From the human T2T-CHM13v2.0 reference genome, Homo sapiens: DNA of 64,000 nucleotides. Made by a program: the position numbers and the translations under genes. Below, in pieces: positions 41,821 to 54,844 of the stretch (within the stretch, counting starts at the first letter, position 1; every line of letters starts with the position of its first letter). Where the stretch lies: the NCBI RefSeq assembly GCF_009914755.1, contig NC_060937.1; one strand, 5' to 3'. The notes under the pieces are model-generated. The model saw nothing but the letters and a program-made list of their open reading frames with translations, was not told the origin of the DNA and did not search any database.

Positions 41821-42199
41821 TGTATTTTCCTGCCCACACTCACAAAACTAAGTGAAAAGAACCAAGGAACCAGCTCAAAAGGGAATGCAGACTTGGCAAA
41901 CACAATTATAAGTAAAACTTAAAACATACTTTTTCTTTTTTTCCCCAAATATTCCTCCTTTTGTAACTCCTCTTCTTACTCCTACTCAAATCTTTGTTTC
42001 CATGGCAATATTTCTACCTTGAAGTTCCACCACTGAAATGTCTACAACTATGTCTACTGCTCTCTCTTTTAAATTGCTACTAGAAAATTCAATCCTCCAG
42101 TCCATGATGTAGATGGACTACATAAATGCCTACTAACTTAAGGCACATTTCTCACCTCATCCCCCAGTACTATACAAGATATTTTTTTTACACAGAACT

Positions 42200-43630
42200 A
42201 TTTTAGGCCGATTTTTATACTTGATAAAAAATAAACTCCAAGAATTTCAGACTCTGTGATGTGAGCTAGATATAACCCAAACTCATTGAGACTCAAGCTC
42301 TTTACCCAATACAAAGACAACATTTAGAGAGCTACTTAACAATCAAAACTAGAAAATAAGAAAGGATGCCAGTAACAGAATTATCCAACAAGGACTTATT
42401 TCTTACCACCTGATCTTGAGTTTGGCTAGACACTGGATTTCTCCTGCCAGAACCCCAGAAGTGTTAAGAGAACCCTAACTGCTATTGTGAGGTTTGAACT
42501 GATGAACTCTAAACCGTGCTGCTATTAGACTCTTTAATGTTGCTCGGTTTACTCTTAATTCCTGTTTTGAGTTGTGCTGCCAAAGTTCTGAAGACCTGAA
42601 ACATGTCATTACCTCTGAATTGAGTTAGTTTGACTACTCTGAAAACCAGTCTGATTCTGGAGAATCCCTGCCAAATGCCACAAGCTAAACGGGTACCCTG
42701 GAATCAAACTGTTGGTACTAACTCAAAGAGCACATCTGCTCCTGAGCTTCTGCGAACAAATGGGAGAACTTGTAACTACCCAGGAGCACTGTCCACATCC
42801 ACAGAGGCCCCCAGATACTTAAAGATTATTTTTAGGAAATCTTGAAGTTCACAGAAAATTCATTGATTTAGTTCAGCTGTTCCTTCAAGAATTCTAACAA
42901 GGGAGCTCCTAAAGTGTCACCCAGGATTTACCATGAAAATTCCTAGAATGGTTATCCATAAGTTGAATCAATGCCCTAGAAAATTTGCTAACCCCATGAC
43001 AGAGGAGTTCTGACTCCTATAACAAAACCTAACAGTAACTAATCCAAAACAACTGCCTTTTATGATGCTGCTAGACTGCACAGAGACAACCTGGATTTTC
43101 TCCATTAATCCTGCTGCTGATCTTGATACAGGAAAGAACACTGTCTTTCTCTAAATCCTAAATCTAGAATAGATAGAAAACAAAATGAATCCACAGTAAT
43201 TTTTTTTAAAAAAAGGTCTAAATTCCCTCAACAATTAAGTCCAAATTAAAATTGGCTACATCACTGTACAGTTTGCCCTAACGGGTAAATAATGCTGTTT
43301 ATTGTTGCATTTCACTCGTCTCCAATTCCCAACTATATCATTAACATTGCACGCCATATTGTTGTGAATCAATCCTCTAATTTCATTTGAATGCATCCAG
43401 AAATCTGGATATTGTAATCAATATATTACAAAAAGCAACATAACTTCATAAGGATTTGCAACATGTTCATTCCTCATGTGAGGTGTTCTAGTACATCAGG
43501 GTTGCCCTGCAACCCACTTGGAGATTATACCCTTAGATTCTGAACCCTTAACTGAGAAATATCGAAGCTTATTGCTACTATTATTTCTTTATTATAAATT
43601 TTTCTCCCCTGAATTTTCTCAACTTATAGA
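42200..43630 (+). mobile_element. Possible degraded ERV internal sequence
   Basis: Composition and segments such as gtttactcttaattcctgttttgagttgtgc suggest decayed MER4-group internal/env-like sequence; no diagnostic ORF. Confidence 0.25.
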
Positions 43631-44442
43631 AAGGAAGTCCGGCCAGCAGCATTAGTTACCCCGCATTCCACTGAGAGAATTTGCTGTCGGGACATCCACT
43701 CCCTCTCCGTTCGGGTGCTCTACTGTTAGCATCTTTTCTCCTTCAAATTCAGAAAGATGCAAACTAGCTTGAAAAGCCTGTTCTAAACAATACTGCACAG
43801 CAGTGCCAATACTATGAGACGTAACTGGTGCTTGTGCATGCAAATTAATTTAAGTATAAACATACTTCATGTATAAATTACATGAATATGCACAAATATT
43901 ACACATAAATATTTGTATTGTGTGTATATAAGTTTATATCTGCATAAACATACACATATGTATAACTATGTACATATATGCCTATGTGTGTGAAGCTTGG
44001 TTGTGTCTTCATACATTTTTTTTTAATGTATGTAAGCTAAGTGGAGATAAGTCATCTTATGGGCCAGGTACAAGGTCTTGCTCAAGAAAATACCAGCCCA
44101 GTATTTAAAAAATGATTTAACTGCTTAGTCAAGTCTTTCTCCAAAATTTAAAAACTAAAATGTGATTGTAACATACAAACTTTCAAAATCCCCTTTCTCT
44201 ATTTTCCAAATCTGAAACACTTAGCAAATCCACCCCTCCTGTCCACAGAATTCTCTATCCAAACTTGCCAAACTTTTTGAGGCTCTTAGTTCCCCCATTC
44301 CCATCCCTAGGCACCCTTTCAAAGTTAATTTTTCTCCCATTTGGCAACAGTTCTCTGTCCTTTCCTAAAAGTTACGTCAAACACAATGGATTTCCTGCTT
44401 TTCACTTCTACCCCCTCCCTCAAGAGTCATCTCTCTCTCTCC

Positions 44443-45039
44443 TGTTGGGGTTCAGAAAATAATACCCCAAAGTATGGCTCTTTGACTTGCTGAGTATTTT
44501 GAACTAAAGCAGCAAGCCTCAGAACCAAGAGGTCTTTCTGCCCTGCTCCCACTACCAGGCTCTTACCCCTCTGCCTTCTCCAGAAGCACAGCGAGGGGCT
44601 TTCTTTGAGGTTCCCTTATCTGAGGAAAAGCAGTTCCTCCAGAATTAATGCAACATCTTGGGTCTCCTTCTAAAATCTCATCAAACAGAGATTAACTGAT
44701 AGGAAAGGAGAGAGAGCAGACACCACACCCATAACTCAGACTTTGTCCCAAGCTACTTACTGTCTGTTTTTCAGGCCCACTCGTCTCCCCTAAAAATCAT
44801 TCACTCTTCCTCTAAAATTGCCTACATCCCCCCACTTCCCTCCCTTCTATGAAGAGGGTATTTAAACTTCAACCATCTGGCCCCTCTTGATGTTTCATAC
44901 TTGGTGTGATTCCTGTGTACTGACCCATAATCAACTTGTACACTTTTTCTCCTGTTAATCTGTTTACTGTCAGATTCTTTCATGTACTCAAGTTGCTGAA
45001 CTTTCAGAAGGTGGAAGTAGAGTTCCTTTCACCCTTACA
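44443..45039 (+). mobile_element. ERV1 solo LTR (MER39/MER34-group-like), complete
   Basis: TG..CA termini (tgttggggttcagaaaataataccccaaagtatgg ... acccttaca), TATA-like gggtatttaaa, perfect 4-bp TSD ctcc at 44439-44442 and 45040-45043. Confidence 0.9.
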
Positions 45040-47364
45040 CTCCCATTCTCCAGATTCTATATAACAAGGGCCTGCAACACAAAAGCTGGCAGAAAGAAGA
45101 GGCTATAAATACTTATGTATTAATATTTTTTCTTGTCTTGTGCCTAACTCAATATTTTTTCATTATCTGTGTATACTGGAAAGTATACTCCTAAGCTTTG
45201 AGTTCACATAGGCACTTACATATTCCACAACTTAATCTCCCCAGCTGAAAATTCAGTTGTAAGAATCAAATGTAATGGTAAAATATGCAATAATACATAT
45301 TAATGCAAAAATGTAATAATACATGTGTATATATGAGATATATACAAGATATATAATACATGTTAAATCTAATAATACATGTTGATAGTAATTCAAGTAT
45401 GTTAAGAAGTGCCTCCCCTGGGGAATAAATAACACACATTTTAAAACCCATGCTTAACCCATATCTTTCTAGATACGTGTCTTTTGCAGTTATCTGCAGC
45501 TAACCCCTATACAGTGCCCTGAGGATGGAGGAAGTGTCCTCTTGATTTGTTAAAGTTTAAAAGAAATACTACACCACTATTATCACACCTAGAGATTACA
45601 AAGGAAAGAGGAGCTTTAGAATCTGTGGGCTTTCTATTATGTGGTTGCAGAATCAATAATTAGCATTATGTTTTTTAATTGTACACAATCTTTTAATTAA
45701 AAAAAGTCATGCTTTTCACAGTATGAAGAATCAGGATTTTCTACTATTGCATACAATTGTTTTGGTATCTAGTTTGCATTTAACTGAATTAATTTATTGT
45801 CTAGTTTCAATGAAACTATTTTCTATTTACACTGATATTACCTTCAAGGAGTAAAACCTTCATATTTTCTTTACACTGAAAATTACTTTATTCTTGCCCT
45901 TTGCCTTAAACATTTTACATATGAATTGCAGACCAAAGTTGCGTTTGCTTTTTCCCCCTTCAGTTGTCTATGTTAGACATTCTACAGATACTCCTGGTCA
46001 TAAACAGATCATTCCTGTATTTCAGGTACAGCACAGGACTGAAGATGAGCTTAACATCTCAGCACCCATGGAAAAGACTGGCAAAATCAAGAAGCTGCAC
46101 AGCCAAAGAGAAATTAGGAATTTGATTTTGGACTGGAGGAACAGCTGAGGGAGAACAGTGTGACATGAATCTTATGTGTAAGATTTTATACAATTTGTTT
46201 ATTAATTTTGTTTTGTTGGGGGTGGGGAGGTATAATCTGTCTCTTCTTACAACCAGGAGAGAGGCAGATTCCTCTGATCATCCATGTCAGAGATAATGGA
46301 ATGAGAATTCTCTGTACACTGTATCCCAGAAACACAGCATCTCTGACTTCTTGTCAGGCTCAATAAATTAAAAGACAGTGAACACTGACTGGGAGCACAC
46401 TTTCTGCACTGTCCTAGGTATTGTGCAAGGCTTCAGCTAATCCAAAACCCTACATTCAAACTTGTAAAAACCAGACATTTCTTTTCAGATAATCAGAAAA
46501 ATACATGCCAGAAAAATCATGCACTAGGGCTCCTGATTGGCCAGGTTAGCACAGACTGAATATTAACCCCCAGGCCTCCTCTGTAGGGTGGCTTTATGTG
46601 GTACTCAGCCAGGCACAGCAGCCCTGCCATCAGACCTTCCGCCACAAATTCGAAATCCAGCATCTCAGGTTCACTCCAATAGTGACTCTTATTCTGTACA
46701 AAAGATGTGGAATCTTTGGAGATGTCATTTAAATGCCAATTTTCATGCTTCCTCTTCAAAGTTATGGCACTTATAACATCAATATTTTAAACAGTTCAAG
46801 TATTTTTTTTATCTTCTAAATGAGTCATTCACTCTCTTAGCAGAGAAGAGGTAAAATAAAATGTCAATGACTAAAATGTGAACTACTGCTTCAAAGATAG
46901 AGTGAGTACATTTCTCATGATTCAATGGTAATTGGCTTGGAACTTGGAAATACAATGCTGCCTATGACAATGGAAATTCACTGGACTCTGCAGGAATTCA
47001 AAGGCTGCTGGAGAAAGTGTCCCAGTATTACCCATATCTCACTTACTATACTTCTTATAACTCAATTTCCTCCCAACTCTCACGGAGTTTTAAAGGAATC
47101 ATTTGTGCCACTCAGAATGTATATGTATCTACTAAGCAATTTCAGCTACTAAAAATTTCTCAGACGTCTCCAGGCTGCAGCACCCACTGGCTCCTCTAAC
47201 AGGCTGTGCCCATCAGACAGGGCAGACATTCTGAGGGTCAGGGCAGTCACTTTTTAATTGTTCCATTCCAGAAGGGTGGGTCCTGTGATTTAGAAAGCAG
47301 CACCTTAGAAATCACAGTCCCCAGAAGCCCAATGAACCAGGGACCTTATTACCCTCATCTGTGT

Positions 47365-47527
47365 CAGCTGTTCTCAGATTGCTGTTAAGCATGAGAACCA
47401 CCTGGGGAATCTGGTGAACACCCAGGGTGTTTTTCTTCTTCCCACAGATCCTGATTTGGTAGGTCTGGCGTGGGAACCCAGGATATTTTACAGTCATAGT
47501 CTGCAGACTACACTTTGAAGATAGTTG
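47365..47527 (-). mobile_element. MER5A1-like (hAT-Charlie MITE)
   Basis: cagctgttctca..agaaccacctggggaatctgg..gatcctgatttggtaggtctgg..gactacactttgaag. Confidence 0.75.
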
Positions 47528-47900
47528 TATTCCATACACCAGGCTTCCGAGTTGTGAGGCAGACATATCTCAGACACTGATCATCAATACCATGCAGGCA
47601 CACCTGCATTTTCTGGCTATCCACTGGAAATAATTATCAAATGATACTACATGTGGGTAAAACATGAATTTTTCACTTTTCTCTTGGGAAAAATGATGAT
47701 CACAATACTTTTATTCCATCTTCTCAATGAACTGACACAAACATCATATGAAAAGGCAAAAGAAAGCACTCTGAAGCATGCAAAGCATATACACAGGTGT
47801 AAAGTAGGACTCAGGTAGAGCATGGCCAACTCTTTAAATTACAAAGTACATAACGAAGTATATTATCCTAAAATATGAATTATACAAGGCATTTTAAGTA

Positions 47901-50268
47901 CAGGTAGATTTCATTTTATTGTGCTTTGCTTTATTGTGCTTCACATATACTGCCTTTTTAACAAATTTTAGGTTTAGGGCAACCCTGCATTTAGAAATCT
48001 ATTGGTGCCACTTTTCCAACAGCATGTGCTCACTTTGTGTCTCTGTCTTACATTTTGGTTTAGTAATTCTCCCAATATTTCAAATGTTTTCATTATTATA
48101 TTTGTTATGGCGAGTTGTGATCAGTGATCTTTGATGTAACTACAGTGATTTTTTGGGGTGCCATGAACCCTGCCCATAGAAGACTATGAACTTAATAAAT
48201 GTGTGTGTTTTGACTGCCCCACCCACCAGCCATTCCCCTATCTCTTTCCATCTCCTCCAGCCCCCTATTCCCTGAGACATTAAGTATTGAAATTAGGCCA
48301 AGTAACAACCCTACAATGGCTATAAGTGTTCAACTGAGAGGAAGGGTTCCATGTCTCTCACTTTAAATAGAAAGCTAGAAATGACTAAGTTTGGTGAGAA
48401 AGGCATGTTGAAAGCCAAAACAGGCTGAAACCTAGGCCTCTTAAACCAAATAGCCACACTGTGAATGAAAAGGTAAAGTTCCTGAAAGAAATTAAAAGTG
48501 CTACTCCAGTGAATATACAAATAAGAAAGTGAAACAACTTTATTGCTGATATGGAGTAAGTTTGAGTGCTCTCGACAGGTGATCAAACCAGCCACAACAT
48601 TCCCTTGAGCCAAGGCCTAATCCAGAGCAAGTCTCCAACTTTCTTCCATTCTATGAGGCTGAGAGAGATGATAAGGCTACTGAAGAAAAGTCTGAAGCTA
48701 GCTCTAGAGCTTGGTTCATGAGGTTTAAGGACAGAAACTGTCTCTGTAACATAATAATACAAGATAAAGCAACAGCTGATGTAAAAGCTGTGGCAAGTTA
48801 TCTGGAAGATTTAGTTAAGATCATTGATGAAGTTGAGAATATACATTAAACAACAGACTTTCAGTGTATACAGAACAACCTTGTATTGGAAAAAGATGGC
48901 ATCTAGGACTTGCATAGCAAGAGAGGAGTCAATGCCTGGCTTCAAAGCACAGGCTGACTCTCTTGTTACAGGCTAATGTAGCTGGTGACTCTAAATTGAA
49001 GCCAGTGCACATTTACAACTCTGAAAATCCTAGGGTCCTTAAGAATGATGCTAAATCTACTGTCTGCTCTAGAAATGGAACAACAAAGCCTGGATGACAG
49101 TACATCTGTTAACAGCATGATTTACGGAGTATTTTAAGCTCACTATTAAGACCTACTATTCAGAACACAAGATTCCTTGCAAAATATTACTTTGACAATG
49201 TACCTAGTCACCCAAAAGCACTAACAGAGGTGTACAAGGAGATTAATATTATTTTCATATTTGCTAACACATCCATTCTGCAGCCCGTGGATAAGTAGTC
49301 ATTTTGATTTTCAATTATTATTATTAAAGAAATATATTTCATACAGTTATAGCTGCCATAGATAATGATTACTTTGATGGACCTACACAAAGTAAATTGA
49401 TAACTTTCTGGCAAGGATTCACTATTCTAGACACCCTAAGAACATCCTGTGATTCATGGGAGGAGGTCAAAGTATCAACATTAACACGAGTTTGGAATAA
49501 GTTGATTTCACCCACATGGATGACTTGGAGGTGTTTAAGACTTCAGCGGAGGAAGGAACTGCAGATGTGGTGGAAATAGCAAGAGAACTAGAACTAGAAG
49601 TAAAGCTTGAAGACATGATGGAATTGCTTCAATCTCAGATAAAATTTTCACAGATGAGGAGTCGCTTTTTCCAGATAAGCAAATGGTTTCTTTAGATGGA
49701 ATCTACTCCAGGTAAAGATGCTGTCGACATTGTTGAAACAACAACAAAAGATTTAGAATACTTTATGAACGTTGTTGAGCATGCAGAGGCAGGGTTTGAG
49801 AGGACTGACTCCAATCATGAAAGCAGTTCCACCGTGGGTAAAACACTATCGAATAGCATTGCATGCTACAGAGAAATCTTTTATGAAAGAAGAGTCACCT
49901 GATGCAGTAAACTTCATTGTTTCATTTTAGGAAATTGCCACAGCCACCCCAACCTCAGCAACCACCACCTTGATCAGTCAGTGGCCATCAACACACAAGG
50001 CAGACCCTCCAGAAGCAAAAAGATGAAGATTTGCTGAAAGTCCAGATGATCGTTAGCATTTTTTAGCAATAAAGTCCTGTAAAATTAAGGTATATACATT
50101 GTTTTTAGATGTAATGGTCTTGCACACTTAATAGAATACAGTAGAGCATAAACATAAGTTTAATATGTACTAGGAAACAAAAAAAAATTGTGTGACTTGC
50201 TTAATTGCAATATTTGCTTTATTGTGGTGCTCTGGAACCAACTCTGCAATATCTCTGAGGTGTGTCTG
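47901..50268 (+). mobile_element. Tigger1 (TcMar-Tigger/pogo DNA transposon), near full length, 2368 bp
   Basis: TA|caggtagatttcattttattgtgctttgctttattg ... gcaatatctctgaggtgtgtctg|TA; TA target duplication at both ends; transposase remnants inside. Confidence 0.96.
48316..50030 (+). pseudogene. Disrupted Tigger1 transposase (TIGD1-like; CENP-B HTH + DDE)
   Basis: ATG at 48316; ORF-track fragments TFWQGFTILDTLRTSCDSWEEVKVSTLTRVWNKLI and MESTPGKDAVDIVETTTKDLEY..SNSIACYREIF match Tigger1/TIGD1; multiple stops and frameshifts. Confidence 0.9.
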
Positions 50269-50359
50269 TATCTTCAGGATATTTCTTCAATGCTCCTTTT
50301 CTCTCTCTCTCTTTTTTTTTTTTTAACATAAATAAAGGAGAACCAAAGGTAGAACTTAC

Positions 50360-50612
50360 TTTTCAGAACTAATCAAACTATATCACTCTAACACATGGTT
50401 TTTAGACACAGAATAAATGGTTCGGTTTTAAGCACACGTAGTTTCTCTGCGTGAATTACTCAAGTAATTGTGTCTCTGCAGATCAGGGTACATTCAGTGC
50501 ATATCTGTAGAACTGTATCATTTCAGTAAAATGGAGAGTCTGCATAATCACATTCACCCCATTTTAGAAGACAACTGAGAACATGACAGAACAGCACTCA
50601 ACTCCGTGTCTC
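50360..50612 (-). other. Candidate non-coding or poison exon (253 nt)
   Basis: Minus strand (T)15caaag|GAGACA ... GAAAA|gtaagt; stops in all frames. Confidence 0.3.
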
Positions 50613-51254
50613 CTTTGAAAAAAAAAAAAAAAGTGCCAAGTTATCCCATGAATTCTTCCCAAAGTGTTAACATGGAATTGAAATAAAGTCATACGAAATA
50701 GCATAAAAAATGTGAAAGGGTGTCATGTATGAAACTCAAATGTCTTACCACTTAAAATATAACACAGCTTTTATGTGAACAAATACAATAATTCCCATTT
50801 TATCTAAATGAACTCTAGAACAGTTGAACAGGCTTGAAAATCCAGTACCACAGAAAGAAGTAAGGAGTTGCACCATTGAGAAGGTGAGAAAGGGAAGAAG
50901 ACTAAGCAGCCAGCTAAAAGTGGGAGAGCCCAGAGGCTTCTCCCCTTGATCACTCCTCTCCTCCCCAAATCAATACTAACTCAGGATTCTTATTTTATAT
51001 TACAAGTAACAGTTTTCTTGTACAAAGCAATGAGGAACGTACCCTCTCTTACTGGAAAACATCAGCTGTGGGGCAGTACCTTGGTACAGGATAAGCCCCA
51101 TTCCCATCCGTGTTTTCCACACTATCTCCATCCAGCCCATAACACCCTTTCATCTTTTACCTCTTCTCCAAACCTTTACTAACAAGAGTCAGCTCTGTTT
51201 CCACCTCTAACATTAGGCCAGAACTTCCTTATACTAATATTAACATCTACCTCT

Positions 51255-51835
<581 letters not shown>

Positions 51836-52974
51836 AACATCTATCTCTTAAGTCCACGATGATTTCTGGGGATCCTGTCCATCCACAGTTTTTACTGAAA
51901 ACCGTAAACTATATACAGGCACTTGAAATATGCAGGCAGTTAAACCCTTTAGCTAAAGGTTAAGTGTTAGAAGTTCTAGGCGATAATCTCACAATGGTTA
52001 CAATTATCTCTGAGATTTAAGCAAGTGATCATTATGTTTTCATGTGATATATGGTGACCACAATACTCTATTCCATCTTCTCAATGAATTGAGAAAATAC
52101 CAAATAATAACACACAAGTAAGTGCTCTCAATTATGCAAGGGGTATATACAAATGGAAAGCAGTACTTGTTGCTATTTTTCTTTATACCACAAACACTGA
52201 ATAAGTCAGAGGAAGTACATTTCCAACACTAAGGAAATGCAAGCCTAAATTAACCAAATCAGTTTCTATCTACTAATCAATAGATGGCATTATTTCAATA
52301 TGCATTTTTCATGAAACATGATAAAATAATGAGAATAATTCTTTAAGACCTGCAAAAATCAATGATTTCCCATGACTGTCTTACCTAACATGCTTTTGGC
52401 ATTTAAGTTGCCACTTTGTATCACAAAAAAAGCAACGTTAAACGTAGCTGATTCTGACACTGAGAAGCTGGGTGACCCTCAAGTTCCTTAACCATTATTA
52501 ATTACAGCTGTCCTCATTGGTAAAGTGGCAATGATCACCACAAGATTACTAGGGTGTCAGATAATATAAGTGCCCAAGCACATAAAAGCATTCATAAATA
52601 GTACCCCCCATAGACATTCTTATTGAAAATTCAATATTAGGATCACTCTCCAAGTAAACTGTGGGGCTCCTTCAAGTCAGATTCTTGCCTACCTTCATCC
52701 CTCATAACTCACACCATTTTGTGACTAAAAATGAATGTGTTTGAAATCAAACTGAGAAGAGAATTAATCCACATGATAAAATTTAAGCTCAATTAAGTGC
52801 TAAATTGGGTGGGTAGTGATTGTAAGTAGATTCAATAAAAGTGCAAATACAAGAGAGATCAATGGAAATGCTTTCTGGAAGAGGGATTTTGTGCTGGGAC
52901 TTGCAAGACAACTATGACTGAAATAAACTAAAGGAACAGAGGAGGGTGCTTCAGGTTGTAGTCACTGCTATTAG

Positions 52975-53150
52975 CTAAGAAATATTACATATATTAACTT
53001 CTTTACTTTCCCAGAAACTCCATGAGGCAGATATTATAATCCCCATTTTACAGATAAAGAAACTGAGACAGATTAAGTAGCTTGCCCAGGTTACACAAAG
53101 TGTCAGAGTAGGACATAAATACAGAAAATTTGGCTTCAAAATCCACACAT
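52975..53150 (-). mobile_element. MIR
   Basis: atccccattttacagataaagaaactgagacagattaagtagcttgcccaggttacaca. Confidence 0.9.
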
Positions 53151-53199
53151 CGTATCGCATAGTCATCAAAATAAGATCTACTGATCAGAAAAGAGAGTA

Positions 53200-53685
53200 C
53201 ATCTCACCGTATCAGCTGCAAACAACAGAATCCCCTCCGTATAGTTTAAGTGGATAGAGACACTTTTTCAAATATCAGCTCAGAAATCTCAGTACATCAG
53301 AGAATCAGCCAGGAACAACATGGGTGGGGCAAAGCGCAAGCACACTAGGTCTGCTCCAGTAAAAATACCACTGCTGCCACCTCCAAGTGTGTGGTGCCAG
53401 AAATGTCACAGCCTCTGCCACAACGCCGTTAAGTCCTAACCATTGCACTTGCCCAAACAGCTGTTCTGTGTGCAGGCAGCCTTACATTGCTCCCTTCTGC
53501 ATCCCTTTTATGCATGGTACAGCAGATGGGCAACATGTCCATATCCTAGCAGCAAGAGAGTCTAGGAAATGCAGATGAAAAAATAAAGATTCTATCTTGG
53601 GAGGACTGGAATCACAACACAAGAAAGTAACAACATGTCAACATGATAAATAAAAGATGTCAGGCAATCACAAAAGGCCACTACA
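53200..53685 (-). mobile_element. Old MLT1 LTR (MLT1M/N/O-like)
   Basis: cagctgcaaacaacagaatc start; catgtccatatcctagcagcaagagagtctaggaaatgcag; ends ccactaca. Confidence 0.65.
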
Positions 53686-54539
53686 CACCCTGATCACAAG
53701 CAGGCTGAAAGGTTCTGAGAAATAAAGTCAGCTATATAAAGTAGGGTCAGATTATATAGGTGCAACTGCATTTGAAAACAATTTACTCTGTCCAATAAAG
53801 GCCATAGGTCTCTTAACAATAGCAAGACATTGTTTAGGGAATAATGTAAAGATGATTGGTTCAAAAATTGCAAGTGCCAGAAACTTGAATTTTTTCCCCA
53901 CCATTTAGAAATGTTATATCATAAAAGCATAGTCATATGCATCATTTTTTTAAAAAATGCAAATATCTATTAAATAAACTCTATTAAATAAACTGGCCAC
54001 ATCATATGTCATACATTATTTTTGCCTCTTACAGTTTTCTTATATTTCTTCAAGGATCATTTTCTAAGACAATGGAGACACTGAATGCTAATAATGTTTT
54101 ATGTTTTTGGAAACAATTTGAATTAAAATACTACATATTAACTAGAAAAGTTTTTTATTCAATTTGGGAAATTGAAAGTTTTTTAAAAACCATCATTCAT
54201 TTAACTGTCACAACCATATATGTTTCTGAATAACGTTTGAAATGCTTTCTACAGTAACAATTGTTTTTAGTAGTTCATGTTTAAGGAAAGACACACATGA
54301 TAAGACATAGTATTTCTGAGTAAAATCCAGAATACAGAATTAAACACATCTATTTTAAAATGGCAATTATTGGTAAAAGGCAAGTATATAACGGCACAAT
54401 ATCAATGTTTTGATTTTACAGTATAAACAGACTGACAGTAGCAATTTTTTCCTGATAATAAAGTAATAAAGCACAGCATTACTTTGGAGCATCATTAATG
54501 TTAAATCTTTTTTCAACATCTATGTGAATAACTGGAAAC

Positions 54540-54844
<305 letters not shown>

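Noticed and set aside
45894-46148. 84-aa plus-strand ORF with an internal acceptor
   Set aside because: No matching donor before the stop, non-ATG start, unrecognised peptide
48316-50030. Functional or domesticated TIGD-type transposase gene
   Set aside because: Frameshifts and stops throughout; only fragments of 60-70 aa remain open
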